Source of the DNA: Candidatus Fermentibacteraceae bacterium
Lineage (GTDB): Bacteria > Fermentibacterota > Fermentibacteria > Fermentibacterales > JCC-6
Reading direction: 5' to 3'
DNA length: 64,000 bases
Assembly (NCBI GenBank): GCA_041750285.1
Contig: JBGSZS010000004.1
Span: 32,001 to 96,000 of the forward strand
Part shown: positions 19,397-30,135 of the stretch, one piece after another
Layout of the letters: each line of letters opens with the position of its first letter
Numbering within the stretch: position 1 is the first letter of the stretch
Made by a program: the position numbers and the translations under genes
Notes under the pieces: generated by a model
What the model was told of the DNA's origin: nothing
Databases searched by the model: none
What the model saw: the letters and a program-made list of their open reading frames with translations, nothing else

Positions 19397-22300
19397 CTGA
19401 CGAAGCCTCCCGCTCCCAGAGCCTCATAGTTTCCCTCCGGGAAAGGGCAAAGGAACTGAACTGCCTTTACAGGGTTGACGAGATCCTTCTTTCACCGGAA
19501 ACCCTCGAAACGAAACTCCGCCTCGCCGCCGAGGCCATCCCCAGCGGGTGGTACAGCCCCGATCTCTGCGAGGCCAGGATCCTTTACATGGGAACGAACT
19601 ACCAGTCCACAGGGTTCAGGGAGGGCGGCGTGAGCCTCACCGAAGACCTGAACGTTCAGGGGAACACCGTGGGCACCCTTACGGTCTCATACCCGGGCGA
19701 GGCGCCGAAGAACGAACACGGACCCTTCCTCCCGGAAGAGAAGAAACTTGTCAGAACCCTCAGTCAGCGGATCTCCCACACTATCCTGCACGAAAACCTT
19801 GCCCAGGTCTTCCAGGAGGAGAGCCACAAGAGCAAGACATGGCGCGCCGGCACCGAATCGTGGCGTTCGATACTCGAAATGCTCTTCATCACCGACAGGA
19901 AGCTCTACAAAACACTTTGCAGAAGGCTTCTGAACCATCTGAACTTCATAGGCGTCCCGCAGGCCCAGGTGCTTCTCAACAAGTGGGTCGGGCAGACGAC
20001 CGACGGCTCCGAGCCCGACCACGAGGGCATCAACCAGCCCATTCCAAAGCACATGATCGACATCAACCCGCTGATCGTGGAAGAGATACTGGAGATCACG
20101 AGCTCGGTCCTCTCCGACGACCAGTTGATGAAGCTTCTTCAGCGATGGGTGGGAGAGAACCGTATCGAGCATTTCATTAACGTGCTGGACGACCACGCCA
20201 GCGCCATCAGCGAGATCATCCAGGCCATGGATTCCCACAAGACCATAGTGACGGAGGAACTGGCCCTCTCGCCACCGGTGCTCAACGCCGTGAAGGTCTC
20301 GCTCATAAGAAGGTTCGTCAGCAGGAGGCTCGACTACATCAGCACCCTCAAGGACTACGTGACGCTGAACGACTTCTACGAGCTCAGCAAATACCTCGTG
20401 TTCCCCGCGAGGAGCCACGGCCAGCTCGGCGGGAAGGGCGCCGGCATCTTCCTGGCCGGGCAGATCCTTAAGCACGTGACGCAGAACGATCCGGTGCTCA
20501 GCAACATAAAGACCCCCAAGACCTGGTACATCTGTTCCGACGGCATCCTCGACTTCGTTCACCACAACAGGCTCGAGGAGCTTCTCGAGTACCGTTACAG
20601 GTACATCGAGGAGATAAGGATGGAGTACCCCAACCTGATCCAGCTCTTCAAGAACTGCGCGTTCAGCCCCGAACTCATGCAGGGCCTCTCCATGGCGCTG
20701 GACGATCTGGGGGAAAAGCCCCTGATCGTCCGCAGCTCGAGCCTTCTGGAGGACAGCAGCGAGGCGGCATTCAGCGGCAAGTACAAAAGCCTTTTCCTTG
20801 CCAACCAGGGCACCAAGAAGGAGAGGCTCGAAGCCCTTACCGACGCCATCAGCGAAGTCTACGCATCGATGTTCGGCCCCGACCCCATCGAGTACAGGGG
20901 GGAACGGAAGCTCCTCGATTTCCAGGAGGAGATGGGCATACTGATCCAGGAGGTGGTCGGAGCCCACATGGGCGACTACTTCGCACCGGCCTTCGGAGGC
21001 GTTGCGTTCAGCAGGAACGAGTTCCGCTGGTCAAGCCGCATCAAGACCAACGACGGGCTGGTGAGGATAGTGCCGGGCCTGGGCACCCGGGCCGTGGACA
21101 GGCTTGGCGACGACTACCCCGTTCTACTGGCTCCGGGACAGCCCGGTCTCAGGGTGAACACCTCCATCGACGAGACCATCCGCTACGCTCCCAAGTACAT
21201 GGATGTCATCAACCTGAAAAAGCGCCGGATTGAGACAGTCCTCGTCGAGGACATGATCAAGGCCAACGGCAACAACTACCCGCAGCTTGAAAAGGTATTC
21301 TCGGTCTTCCGTGACGGAATGCTGCACCAGGTCAACCCCGTGACCGACTACGAGAACGAATTCGTCATCCCCACTTTCGAAGGGCTCATGAGCGGAAGCG
21401 ACTTCGTTCCAATGATGCGCCGCCTCCTGACGCTTCTTGAACAGAGGTGCGGCTTCCCGGTCGACATCGAGTTCGCGGTCGACGGCAGCAATGTCTACCT
21501 TCTGCAGTGCAGGGCCCAGAGTTCCTGGCAGAAGGAGGAGAACATACAGCTCCCCGAGCGGCCCTCACCCGAGAACCTGCTCTTCACGGCGGAGAAATTC
21601 GTCTCCGACGGGCTTGTACCTGCCGTGACCCATGTGGTCTACGTGGTCCCCGAGGCATACGACAACCTCAAGGACATGAACTCGCTGATCAACGTGGGAA
21701 GGATCGTGGGAAAGCTGAACGGCATCCTTCCCAAGGGCAGGTTCGTCCTGATGGGTCCCGGTCGCTGGGGAAGCAGGGGTGACGTGAAGCTGGGTGTCAG
21801 GGTGACCTACTCCGACATCAACAACACCGCCGCCCTCATCGAGATGGCTTTCCGGAAGGGAAATTACGTCCCCGATCTCTCCTTCGGAACCCACTTCTTC
21901 CAGGACCTCGTCGAGGCTTCGATACGCTACCTCCCGCTCTACCCCGATGATGACGGCATAGCCTTCAACAAGGCTTTCTTCGAGAAGAGCGAGAACTGCC
22001 TCGAGGCGGTCCTGCCGGACGCCGCGGGTTACTCCGACGTGATAAAGGTGATAGACATTCCGGCAGTGACCGGCGGCCGTTTCCTCCGGATAGCCATGAG
22101 CGGCGACGAGGGAAGGGCGATGGCGTTCCTTGTCTCCGAGGAGACGGTATCAGCGCCGGAGGGCATAAGGAAGATCGCCAGCCGCGAGGCCGACCGCATG
22201 AGCGAGGATGAACACTGGATATGGCGCCAGAGGATGGCGGAGAAGCTCGCCCTGGCGATCGACCCCGAGCAGTACGGTGTGAAGGGCGCCTACCTTTTCG

Positions 22301-22611
22301 GAAGCACCAAGAACGCCACCGCCAGCCCGTGCAGCGACATCGACCTTCTGCTGCACATCACGGGAACCGATCAGCAGAAGAAGCTTCTGATAGCCTACCT
22401 CAACGGGTGGGACCTTTGCCTGAGCGAGATGAACTACATCAGGACGGGCATCAAGACCAAAGGCATCCTTGACGTTCACATGATAACCGATGCCGACATC
22501 GGGAACAGGAGCTCTTACGCGTCCAGGATAGGCGCCGTGACCGATCCGGCAAGACCGCTGGACATGATGAAAAGCAGGAGGACGACCGGCCGGGCCACCG
22601 GCGTCAAATGA
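19393..22611 (+). CDS. PEP/pyruvate-binding (PPDK_N) domain protein with N-terminal sensory-like region and C-terminal nucleotidyltransferase domain
   Basis: LRERAKELNCLY N-terminus; GGKGAG, VRSSSLLED, FSGKY, GLGTRAV, DIEFA; C-terminal YLFGST..SDIDLL (pol-beta NTase). Confidence 0.85.
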   Translation: MTDEASRSQSLIVSLRERAKELNCLYRVDEILLSPETLETKLRLAAEAIPSGWYSPDLCEARILYMGTNYQSTGFREGGVSLTEDLNVQGNTVGTLTVSYPGEAPKNEHGPFLPEEKKLVRTLSQRISHTILHENLAQVFQEESHKSKTWRAGTESWRSILEMLFITDRKLYKTLCRRLLNHLNFIGVPQAQVLLNKWVGQTTDGSEPDHEGINQPIPKHMIDINPLIVEEILEITSSVLSDDQLMKLLQRWVGENRIEHFINVLDDHASAISEIIQAMDSHKTIVTEELALSPPVLNAVKVSLIRRFVSRRLDYISTLKDYVTLNDFYELSKYLVFPARSHGQLGGKGAGIFLAGQILKHVTQNDPVLSNIKTPKTWYICSDGILDFVHHNRLEELLEYRYRYIEEIRMEYPNLIQLFKNCAFSPELMQGLSMALDDLGEKPLIVRSSSLLEDSSEAAFSGKYKSLFLANQGTKKERLEALTDAISEVYASMFGPDPIEYRGERKLLDFQEEMGILIQEVVGAHMGDYFAPAFGGVAFSRNEFRWSSRIKTNDGLVRIVPGLGTRAVDRLGDDYPVLLAPGQPGLRVNTSIDETIRYAPKYMDVINLKKRRIETVLVEDMIKANGNNYPQLEKVFSVFRDGMLHQVNPVTDYENEFVIPTFEGLMSGSDFVPMMRRLLTLLEQRCGFPVDIEFAVDGSNVYLLQCRAQSSWQKEENIQLPERPSPENLLFTAEKFVSDGLVPAVTHVVYVVPEAYDNLKDMNSLINVGRIVGKLNGILPKGRFVLMGPGRWGSRGDVKLGVRVTYSDINNTAALIEMAFRKGNYVPDLSFGTHFFQDLVEASIRYLPLYPDDDGIAFNKAFFEKSENCLEAVLPDAAGYSDVIKVIDIPAVTGGRFLRIAMSGDEGRAMAFLVSEETVSAPEGIRKIASREADRMSEDEHWIWRQRMAEKLALAIDPEQYGVKGAYLFGSTKNATASPCSDIDLLLHITGTDQQKKLLIAYLNGWDLCLSEMNYIRTGIKTKGILDVHMITDADIGNRSSYASRIGAVTDPARPLDMMKSRRTTGRATGVK

Positions 22612-23461
22612 GTTCCCTGTCCGCTCCGGACGGGTCGCAAGGGTCGAAGCTGACAAGCGAGAGCTCCGGTCCGTCATGGGCTGCTCCCAGCACCGTGGTG
22701 GATCCGATGGCTTCCTTCCACACACCGGTGAGCCTGGCGGATTCGTGGATGTGCCCGTGCAGCGTGAGAAGCGGGCACCTCCGGGTGATGAAGCGCCTTA
22801 TGGCGATGCTGCCCACATGAACGTCCAGCGGGACGAAGTCAACCGTTCTGCCATCCAGCGCGGCCCTGTCGAGGCCGGTCCTGTAGGGCGGCGAGTGGAA
22901 AAGGAAGATCGCCCTGGAGAGATCTTCGCTACCGGTCATCGAGGCCAGGTCCTCCGAAATGGTGGCGTAAAGCAGCTCATACTCGGATACCGGCACGGTG
23001 CGCATGCCGTCCGACGGGTGGGAACAGCCGGGGTCGACGAACCTGGAGACGTCGTACCTTTCCCAGTCCTTGAGCCGGAACGGAGTAGGCGGCACATAGG
23101 AGTAACCGTAGACCTGAAAGCCGTCTAACTCGGCCCTCCGGCCGTGAACGTACTCCCAGATGCCAGTCGAGGCGGCGTCGAGGACTGAGGCCTCCTCAAA
23201 CCTGCCGTCGTCGTTCCCAAGGATCAGAAAGACCCTGGGATAACTCTCTCCCATCCTTGCGCGAAGCTCATGAAAACGACGGGAAAGGTAGTCGTTCACG
23301 AAATCACGGTGCTCGTTCTCGAAAGACATCAGACGGACGGGGCCGGGAAGCAGGTCACCGCCCATGAAGAGCGCTGAAGGACGGCGGGCCTCGATCATCC
23401 CGAAAAGCTTCTCGTAACGGCTCGTGCTGCCGTGAAGGTCTGTCACGAAAAAACAGTTCAT
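22604..23461 (-). CDS. Calcineurin-like metallophosphoesterase
   Basis: TDLHG, GGDL, LGNDD, FHSPP, HGHIHE; start trimmed to ATG 23461. Confidence 0.88.
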   Translation of the reverse strand: MNCFFVTDLHGSTSRYEKLFGMIEARRPSALFMGGDLLPGPVRLMSFENEHRDFVNDYLSRRFHELRARMGESYPRVFLILGNDDGRFEEASVLDAASTGIWEYVHGRRAELDGFQVYGYSYVPPTPFRLKDWERYDVSRFVDPGCSHPSDGMRTVPVSEYELLYATISEDLASMTGSEDLSRAIFLFHSPPYRTGLDRAALDGRTVDFVPLDVHVGSIAIRRFITRRCPLLTLHGHIHESARLTGVWKEAIGSTTVLGAAHDGPELSLVSFDPCDPSGADRELI

Positions 23462-23476
23462 GCCGGCGAAGATAAG

Positions 23477-23500
23477 AAAAGGGGGGCCCGAAGACCCCCC
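23477..23500 (-). terminator. Intrinsic terminator after gdh
   Basis: Minus strand GGGGGGTC-TTCG-GGCCCCCC-TTTT. Confidence 0.75.
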
Positions 23501-23516
23501 CCTGGACACATGGGGC

Positions 23517-24803
23517 TCAGATCCAGCCCCTCACCCTGCAGGCCTCCACAACGCGGTTGACGCTGATGATGTAGGCGGCGTCGCGCATGTAGAGCTTCTG
23601 TTTCCTGGCAAGCTCGCTGACCGCGAGGAAGGCGTCGGTCATCTTGACGTCCAGCTTGCCCAGGACCTCGTCCTTGGGCCAGAAATAGTTCATGTTGCAC
23701 TGCACCTGCTCGAAGTAGCTGCAGGTGACCCCGCCGGCGTTGGCAAGGAAGTCGGGGATCATGAAGATGCCCCTCTCCTGGATGACCTTGTCGGCTTCGG
23801 GGGTCGTGGGGCCGTTGGCGCCCTCGGCGATAAGCTTCACCCTGCGGGAGATGCTTTCGACGTTGTCCTTGTGGATCTGGTTCTCGAGGGCGCAGGGGAA
23901 GAGGATGTCGACGTCCTGGTTGATCCACTCGTCACCCGGAAGGACCTCGTAGCCAAGGCCCCTGGCCTTGTCCTTGTTTATGCCGCCGAACTTGTCGGTG
24001 ATCCCCATGAGGGCGTCGATGTCGACTCCGTCCATCTTCCTGAACGAGTAGCTGGTCTGGTCGGCCTGGTCCCAGCTGCTGACGCAGATGACGGTACCAC
24101 CGAGCTGGTTGTAGAGCCTTATGGCGTACTGGGCGACGTTGCCGAAGCCCTGTACGCTGGCGATCGTGTCGGAGGGGCGGATGCCCAGTTCCTTGAGGGC
24201 TTCGCGAACCGTGAATACCACGCCGTAGCCCGTGGCCTCGGTGCGGCCCAGTGAACCACCCATGCCGACCGGCTTGCCGGTGATCATGCCCGGGTACTTG
24301 GCGCCCGTGATGGCCTCGTACTCGTCCATCATCCAAAGCATGTGCTGGGCGTTGGTCATAACGTCGGGGGCGGGAACGTCCTGCAGGGGACCCACGTTGC
24401 GGGCGATCTGACGGATGTAGCCGCGGCAGATCCGCTCCTGTTCCCTCTGGCTGAGGTCGTGCGGGTCGCATATGACGCCGCCCTTGCCGCCGCCGAGGGG
24501 AATGTCCACCACGGAGCATTTCCAGGTCATCCACATCGAAAGGGCCCTCACCGTGTCAACCGTTTCCATGGGGTGAAAGCGGATGCCGCCCTTGGCGGGG
24601 CCGCGGGCGTCGTTGTGCTGGCATCTGAAGGCCTTGAATGTCTTGACGGTACCGTCATCCATGCGCACCGGGACACTGAAGTGGTACTCCCTCATGGGAA
24701 ATCTCAGGAAATCCCGGGCGCCCTGGTCCAGTTTGAGGTAATCCGCCACCTTGTCAAACTGCTCCTGTGCCATTTGGAACGCGTTGAAGGTTCCGGTTGA
24801 CAT
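23517..24803 (-). CDS. gdhA: Glu/Leu/Phe/Val dehydrogenase (glutamate dehydrogenase)
   Basis: KGGIRFHP, MTWKC, GGGKGG, DVPAPD, QGFGNV, EGANGP, ANAGGV. Confidence 0.93.
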   Translation of the reverse strand: MSTGTFNAFQMAQEQFDKVADYLKLDQGARDFLRFPMREYHFSVPVRMDDGTVKTFKAFRCQHNDARGPAKGGIRFHPMETVDTVRALSMWMTWKCSVVDIPLGGGKGGVICDPHDLSQREQERICRGYIRQIARNVGPLQDVPAPDVMTNAQHMLWMMDEYEAITGAKYPGMITGKPVGMGGSLGRTEATGYGVVFTVREALKELGIRPSDTIASVQGFGNVAQYAIRLYNQLGGTVICVSSWDQADQTSYSFRKMDGVDIDALMGITDKFGGINKDKARGLGYEVLPGDEWINQDVDILFPCALENQIHKDNVESISRRVKLIAEGANGPTTPEADKVIQERGIFMIPDFLANAGGVTCSYFEQVQCNMNYFWPKDEVLGKLDVKMTDAFLAVSELARKQKLYMRDAAYIISVNRVVEACRVRGWI

Positions 24804-25042
24804 CAGAAACTCCTCTCTGTGTGAATGCCCCCCAACGGACCGCCCGTTGGACAGGCCTGTTTACAAACCCTGTAATACTTTACCCAACATGCCGTTACTG
24901 ATCAATTGAGAATGTTTGTGCGGTAAGGATACAGAGCACCACAAATCTACGAAAAAAGACTTCGGCCGGGAAGTGTCTGTCAATTCACAGCTGTTATGCC
25001 AAGCTCTAAAGGCCTCGTTTCATTTTGTTACAGCCGTGTTGA

Positions 25043-25384
25043 TCAGAACTCGTAACCAACGCTCAATTCATCTTTTGAGAAGAAGATGGACACGATCTTG
25101 GCCTCGGGGGCCCGTGCGATCGATTGAAAATCGAAGCTTTCCTCAACGCCGTCCGCCACCCAGGAAAGGTTGCACTGAACCTCGCCCGGCGGCAGTTCGA
25201 GCCGGGAAGGGAACGACTCGTCGGCTTCGATGTCGCTCCAGCTCTGGGATTCCCCGCCTATGGTGAGCGTAACCTCGTCGAGGGCCCGGCCTGTGCCGTT
25301 GTTAAGGGAGATCTTGCCCGCGCCGCCGCATGAAACGGCGAGAAGCAATGTGCAAAGAGCAATGGGAACGAACCTTGTTTTCAC
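25043..25384 (-). CDS. Hypothetical lipoprotein
   Basis: GTG start with GGAG RBS; signal peptide ending in lipobox AVSC. Confidence 0.7.
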   Translation of the reverse strand: MKTRFVPIALCTLLLAVSCGGAGKISLNNGTGRALDEVTLTIGGESQSWSDIEADESFPSRLELPPGEVQCNLSWVADGVEESFDFQSIARAPEAKIVSIFFSKDELSVGYEF

Positions 25385-25414
25385 GACTGCTCCCTTCAGG
25401 AACGATTTTTTCCC

Positions 25415-27436
25415 ATGAAGCTACATTGGAAGTATAATTCAAATGAGGCATTTCCGGAAAGGATTCCATTGGCATTTTTGCTTCTGCTTCTCTTCTTCGC
25501 TCTTCCCGCCGGGGCCTACGTCGGCCCCGGCGCGGGGTTCGGCATACTCACCAGCTTCCTGGTGTTCGTTAACGCCCTGGCGGTCTCGTTGCTGTCGTTT
25601 CTTTTCTGGCCCGTCCTTGCACTGATAAGAAGGGTCAGGAGGAACAGAAGACCCCTGAAACCCGGGGCAAAGCGGCTGGTCATCCTGGGCCTCGACGGCC
25701 TCTCCCCGCTCCTCGTCGAAAAGATGTGGGAAAAGGGCGAACTCCCCAATCTGCGAGCGCTCTCAGAAAAGGGAAGCTTCCGCCACCTGCGCACAACGAC
25801 TCCGGGGGTCTCACCGGTTGCCTGGTCGAGTTTCCAGACCGGGGTCAACCCCGGAAAGCACGGCATTTTCGATTTCCTGGCGCCGGACCGGAAGCGATAC
25901 CTTGCTGTCCTCTCTTCCGTCCGCACCGGTTCGAAGACGGTGAGGGGCATCACGGGACGCAAAAGAACACGCACCGTCCAGACCCTTATGAGAAAAAGCG
26001 CCCCCTTCTGGAGCTACCTTGGGAAGTACGGCGTAAGGTCGACCGTTCTCAGGGTACCCATCACGTACCCACCCGAACCCCTCGACGGCCACCTTCTGTC
26101 GGGAATGTGCGTTCCCGACCTCAGGGGAAGTCAGGGCTCATACACAGTGTTGACAACCGGTGACCCCGAACCGATGACTGGCGGTGTGCAGGCAAGGCTC
26201 ACACCCGACGGCGACCACCGCTTCAGGGGCGAAATCCCCGGGCCCGAAGGCGCGCTCCCCTGCCGGGTCCGCCTCGACACCGGGGGAAAGACGCCGAAGC
26301 TATCGCACTCAGGCGGCCGCATCAACCTGCCCTGGAACGCTCTCAGCCCCTGGGTCACCCTCGAGTTCAGGATCTCGGGCAAAAAGGTGAGCGGCATTGC
26401 GAGGTTCAGGCTTACCGAAGGCCCGGAACTCTACTGCACCGCACTGCACGTCGATCCCTCGAAACCCGCCGTCCCCCTCGGGCATCCCGTGCATTATTCG
26501 CGCTACCTTGCGGGGATGCAGGGACCTTTCGCCACACTGGGACTCGCCGAGGACACCTGGGCACTCTCAAACGGCCACATCGACGACGGCACCTTCATGG
26601 AGCAATGCGCCGGCATCTTCAGTGAACGCGAGAAAATGTTCTCCGACGCCCTCTCGAAGAACCCTTCGGGGCTGGTGGTCTGCGTTTTCGACACGCCGGA
26701 CCGTGTTCAGCACATGTTCTGGGGAAGCGGTTTCAGGGAGGGGTCTCCCATAAGAACAGCCTACGCTCAAATGGACGCCCTGGTTGGCAGGACAATGGCA
26801 GCGATGAAAAAGGGCGACCTTCTCATGGTCCTGAGCGACCATGGCTTCACCTCGTTCCACACCTGTGTTGATTTCAACAGGTGGCTGGTCGAGAACGGGT
26901 ACATGGTGCTGAAGGAGGGCGTGAAGACCGTCGAGACCTCCTACCAGGGGGTGGACTGGGAGAAGACCAGGGCCTACGCCCTCGGGCTGGCAGGGATAAG
27001 CATCAACATCCGTGGACGCGAAGGCATGGGCATCGTGGAGCCCGGTGAGGCACCCACCCTGGCCGCTGAGATCGCTGCAGGGCTCGAGCAGTTGACCACT
27101 CCCGAAGGCGACAGGGTGATAAGAAGGGCAAGGCTTGGGGCGGAAGAGTACAAAGGCCCCTACGCGGCGGACGGTCCGGACATCATCCCGGGAACTTCAA
27201 GGGGTTTCAGGGCGGGGTGGAACTGCGTAACCGGCGGAGTGGGCGAAAAGGTCCTCTACAAAAACGGGCAACACTGGAACGGCGACCACAGCTGCGATCC
27301 CGACCTCGTGAAGGGCGTTCTCTTCACGAGCTGGAAGCACGACACACCCGAGCCATCCATAATCGACATCGCCCCGACGGCCCTTGGGATTCTCGGGGTT
27401 GCCGCCCCGCCCCACATGGACGGGAGGCCGCTTTGA
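25415..27436 (+). CDS. Alkaline phosphatase/nucleotide pyrophosphatase (type I phosphodiesterase) family protein, membrane-anchored; start uncertain
   Basis: GLDG, SPVAWSSFQTG, DRVQHMFW, LSDHGF, GDH; N-terminal AYVGPGAG plus TM helix. Confidence 0.85.
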   Translation: MKLHWKYNSNEAFPERIPLAFLLLLLFFALPAGAYVGPGAGFGILTSFLVFVNALAVSLLSFLFWPVLALIRRVRRNRRPLKPGAKRLVILGLDGLSPLLVEKMWEKGELPNLRALSEKGSFRHLRTTTPGVSPVAWSSFQTGVNPGKHGIFDFLAPDRKRYLAVLSSVRTGSKTVRGITGRKRTRTVQTLMRKSAPFWSYLGKYGVRSTVLRVPITYPPEPLDGHLLSGMCVPDLRGSQGSYTVLTTGDPEPMTGGVQARLTPDGDHRFRGEIPGPEGALPCRVRLDTGGKTPKLSHSGGRINLPWNALSPWVTLEFRISGKKVSGIARFRLTEGPELYCTALHVDPSKPAVPLGHPVHYSRYLAGMQGPFATLGLAEDTWALSNGHIDDGTFMEQCAGIFSEREKMFSDALSKNPSGLVVCVFDTPDRVQHMFWGSGFREGSPIRTAYAQMDALVGRTMAAMKKGDLLMVLSDHGFTSFHTCVDFNRWLVENGYMVLKEGVKTVETSYQGVDWEKTRAYALGLAGISINIRGREGMGIVEPGEAPTLAAEIAAGLEQLTTPEGDRVIRRARLGAEEYKGPYAADGPDIIPGTSRGFRAGWNCVTGGVGEKVLYKNGQHWNGDHSCDPDLVKGVLFTSWKHDTPEPSIIDIAPTALGILGVAAPPHMDGRPL

Positions 27437-29361
27437 ACCGCAGGGAGTTTCTGAAGAGAACCGCGGCGGCTTCCGCTCTCCTTGCCCTGAGCGCGGGATG
27501 CGGAGGGGTTTTGCGCACGAGGAGAAAGGTCCTGGCCCTGGCCTTCGACGGACTCGACCCGGGTCTTGTGAGAAGGTATTCGGCCCTGGGCCTCATGCCC
27601 AACGCGAAAAGGCTGATGCAGATGGGTTCACTCAGGAACCTGGCGACGTCCAACCCGCCGCAGAGTCCGGTGGCCTGGTCGGGGTTCATAACCGGCGGCG
27701 GCCCGGATGTTCACGGGATCTTCGATTTCATTCACCGCAACCCCGCTGACAGAGTGCCCTATCTATCCACTTCAAGGGTGAATCCCCCGACACGCACCCT
27801 CGACGTGGGAGACCTCAGGCTTCCCCTCTCGGGTGGCGGCGTCGAACTCCTCAGGAAGGGTGAACCCTTCTGGAAGCCCCTTCTGCAGAACGGCATCCCG
27901 GTCACAATGATCAAGCTTCCCATTGATTTCCCGGCCCCCCGGGACCGGGGAGGCCGGTTCCTCTCCGGCATGGGAACGCCCGACATAAGGGGCAGCCAGG
28001 GCAGCTTCACGTTCTTCACCGACGATGCCCGATCACTGAGCGACGACACTTCGGGAGGCATCATCGTGCCCGTCAGGGACAATGGCGACAACTGCTACAG
28101 ATGCCGGGTGACGGGCCCGCAGAACTCTCTGATCGAGGGCGCACCCGTGATGGAGGCCACGGCCGAGGTCTGGGCGGACCGCACCGCGGAAGCCGTGAGG
28201 ATCGATCTCCATGGACGGTCATTCGTTGTCGGCGTCGGGCAGTGGTCACCCTGGGTGAGGTTCTCCTTCCCGGCCATCGCCGGAATCTCCACGGTGCACG
28301 CCATCGGCAGGTTCTACCTGAAGGAGCTCTCCCCGAAGCTCAGGCTCTACCTCTCCCCCCTCAACATAGACCCCGAGAACCCCGCGCTCCCCATCTCGGG
28401 ACCGGACTGGTTCGCACGAAGCATCGCTGAAGCTATCGGACCCTATTACACCAAGGGTTTCCCTGAAGACACAAAAGCCCTCTCCCGGGGCATATTCAAC
28501 GACGACGACTACTTCTCCCAGGCGACGAACGTCTTCGACGAACGCCTGCGGATGTTCACCCACGCGCTCGGCAGCTGGAAGGACGGGCTGCTGTTCTTCT
28601 ACTTTTCGAGCACCGACCTCAACCAGCACATGTTCTACCGCACCATCGACCCCGAAAGCCCCCTCCACTCATCCGTGGCGCCCAGGTTCAGGAACATCAT
28701 GGGTGAGCTCTACGCCAAGGCCGACAGGGCCATCGGCCAGGCCATGGAACTCCTTGATGGGAACACCGAGCTGATGGTGTTCTCCGACCACGGCTTCGCC
28801 CCCTTCAACCGGGGCTTCGGGCTCAACAGCTGGCTTGGGGCCGAAGGTTACGCCCATGTCGCCAGACCCGAGGACCGCAACAGGGACATGTTCGCCTGCA
28901 TCGACTGGAGCCGGACCTCAGCCTACGGCCTGGGGCTCAACAGCCTGTACGTGAATCAGGCAGGGAGGGAGCCTGACGGGATCATCACGACCGCTGAGAA
29001 GTACCCCCTCCTCGAGCGCCTTGCCCGCGACCTCGAGAGCGTCATCGACCCCCTTACAGGCCGCCGCCCGGTGGAAAAGGCCTACATCGTCGCCGACATG
29101 TTCCCCGGGAAGGATCTCCCCCCCTTCGCGCCGGACATGATAGTGGGCTACGCACGGGGCTACAGGAGCAGCTGGGAGACCGCCCTGGGTGCCTTCCCCG
29201 AGGAGGTCATAACCGACAACACCGACCCCTGGAGCGGTGACCACTGCGTCGCGCCCATGCTCTGCCCCGGCAGCCTGATCACGAGTTCACCCATGCCGGA
29301 AGGCCTTGCCCTGCAGGATATGGGCGCCGTGATAACCCGCGCCCTGACCGGAGACCCGTGA
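27433..29361 (+). CDS. Alkaline phosphatase/nucleotide pyrophosphatase family protein with Tat signal
   Basis: TTG start overlapping the upstream stop; NRREFLK twin-arginine motif; FDGLD, SPVAWS, SDHGF, GDH. Confidence 0.87.
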   Translation: MNRREFLKRTAAASALLALSAGCGGVLRTRRKVLALAFDGLDPGLVRRYSALGLMPNAKRLMQMGSLRNLATSNPPQSPVAWSGFITGGGPDVHGIFDFIHRNPADRVPYLSTSRVNPPTRTLDVGDLRLPLSGGGVELLRKGEPFWKPLLQNGIPVTMIKLPIDFPAPRDRGGRFLSGMGTPDIRGSQGSFTFFTDDARSLSDDTSGGIIVPVRDNGDNCYRCRVTGPQNSLIEGAPVMEATAEVWADRTAEAVRIDLHGRSFVVGVGQWSPWVRFSFPAIAGISTVHAIGRFYLKELSPKLRLYLSPLNIDPENPALPISGPDWFARSIAEAIGPYYTKGFPEDTKALSRGIFNDDDYFSQATNVFDERLRMFTHALGSWKDGLLFFYFSSTDLNQHMFYRTIDPESPLHSSVAPRFRNIMGELYAKADRAIGQAMELLDGNTELMVFSDHGFAPFNRGFGLNSWLGAEGYAHVARPEDRNRDMFACIDWSRTSAYGLGLNSLYVNQAGREPDGIITTAEKYPLLERLARDLESVIDPLTGRRPVEKAYIVADMFPGKDLPPFAPDMIVGYARGYRSSWETALGAFPEEVITDNTDPWSGDHCVAPMLCPGSLITSSPMPEGLALQDMGAVITRALTGDP

Positions 29362-30131
29362 CGGCGCTCCTTTCCCCCTTCAGGAACTGCCCTCCCTTCA
29401 CCGGGCTTCTCACGGTCTCGCTTCTCTTCGGGGTCATCATGATACTCATCTTCAAGTTCACATCGAACCAGAGGGCCATCGGCGCGATCAGAAGCAGGAT
29501 GGGCGCCCGGGCGCTGGGAATGCTTCTTCACCTCCACTCCCCCATCACCGTGATAAAAGCGGCAGCAGCCCTCATGGCCGACAACTTCGCCTACCTGTGG
29601 CGGATAGTCACTCCCATGCTTTTCATCGCAGTCCCCTTCATCCTCACCGCGGCAGCGCTCGATGCCCGTTACGGCAGCATGCCCGTACCCCGGGGCGTAC
29701 CAACGACGGTAACCCTCACATGGGAAGAACTCCCCGCACGGGAGGGCTTCACGGTTACCGGCACGGGCATCACCGTGATCGAACCCGTTGTCTTCGTGGA
29801 CACCCTCAGGCAGACCAGTTTCAGGGTGCGGAACGCAACTCCCGGAGCCATGGTCACAGCCGCCGGCGTCACATTCCCGCTCGGCGCTTCGGCGGGAGGG
29901 TCCGGCTCGGTCATCTACAGGGGCGCCGCCCGTATGAACCCGGTGGAAAGGCTCCTCAAGCCGTTCCTTGCGCCCCTTCCGCCTGATGGCCCGGTGATCG
30001 AGGCAAACGTCTTCATCCCCGAAGCCCGCTACCGGATACTTGGCGGCAGGTGGAGCTGGCTCACGGTGTTCCTGGTTTACAGCAGCCTCGCTGCCATTGC
30101 GGGTGCTGCCGCATTCAAGGTAAAGGTGTAG
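29358..30131 (+). CDS. Hypothetical membrane protein
   Basis: GTGA overlap with upstream gene; several hydrophobic helices. Confidence 0.75.
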   Translation: MTALLSPFRNCPPFTGLLTVSLLFGVIMILIFKFTSNQRAIGAIRSRMGARALGMLLHLHSPITVIKAAAALMADNFAYLWRIVTPMLFIAVPFILTAAALDARYGSMPVPRGVPTTVTLTWEELPAREGFTVTGTGITVIEPVVFVDTLRQTSFRVRNATPGAMVTAAGVTFPLGASAGGSGSVIYRGAARMNPVERLLKPFLAPLPPDGPVIEANVFIPEARYRILGGRWSWLTVFLVYSSLAAIAGAAAFKVKV

Positions 30132-30135
30132 AACA

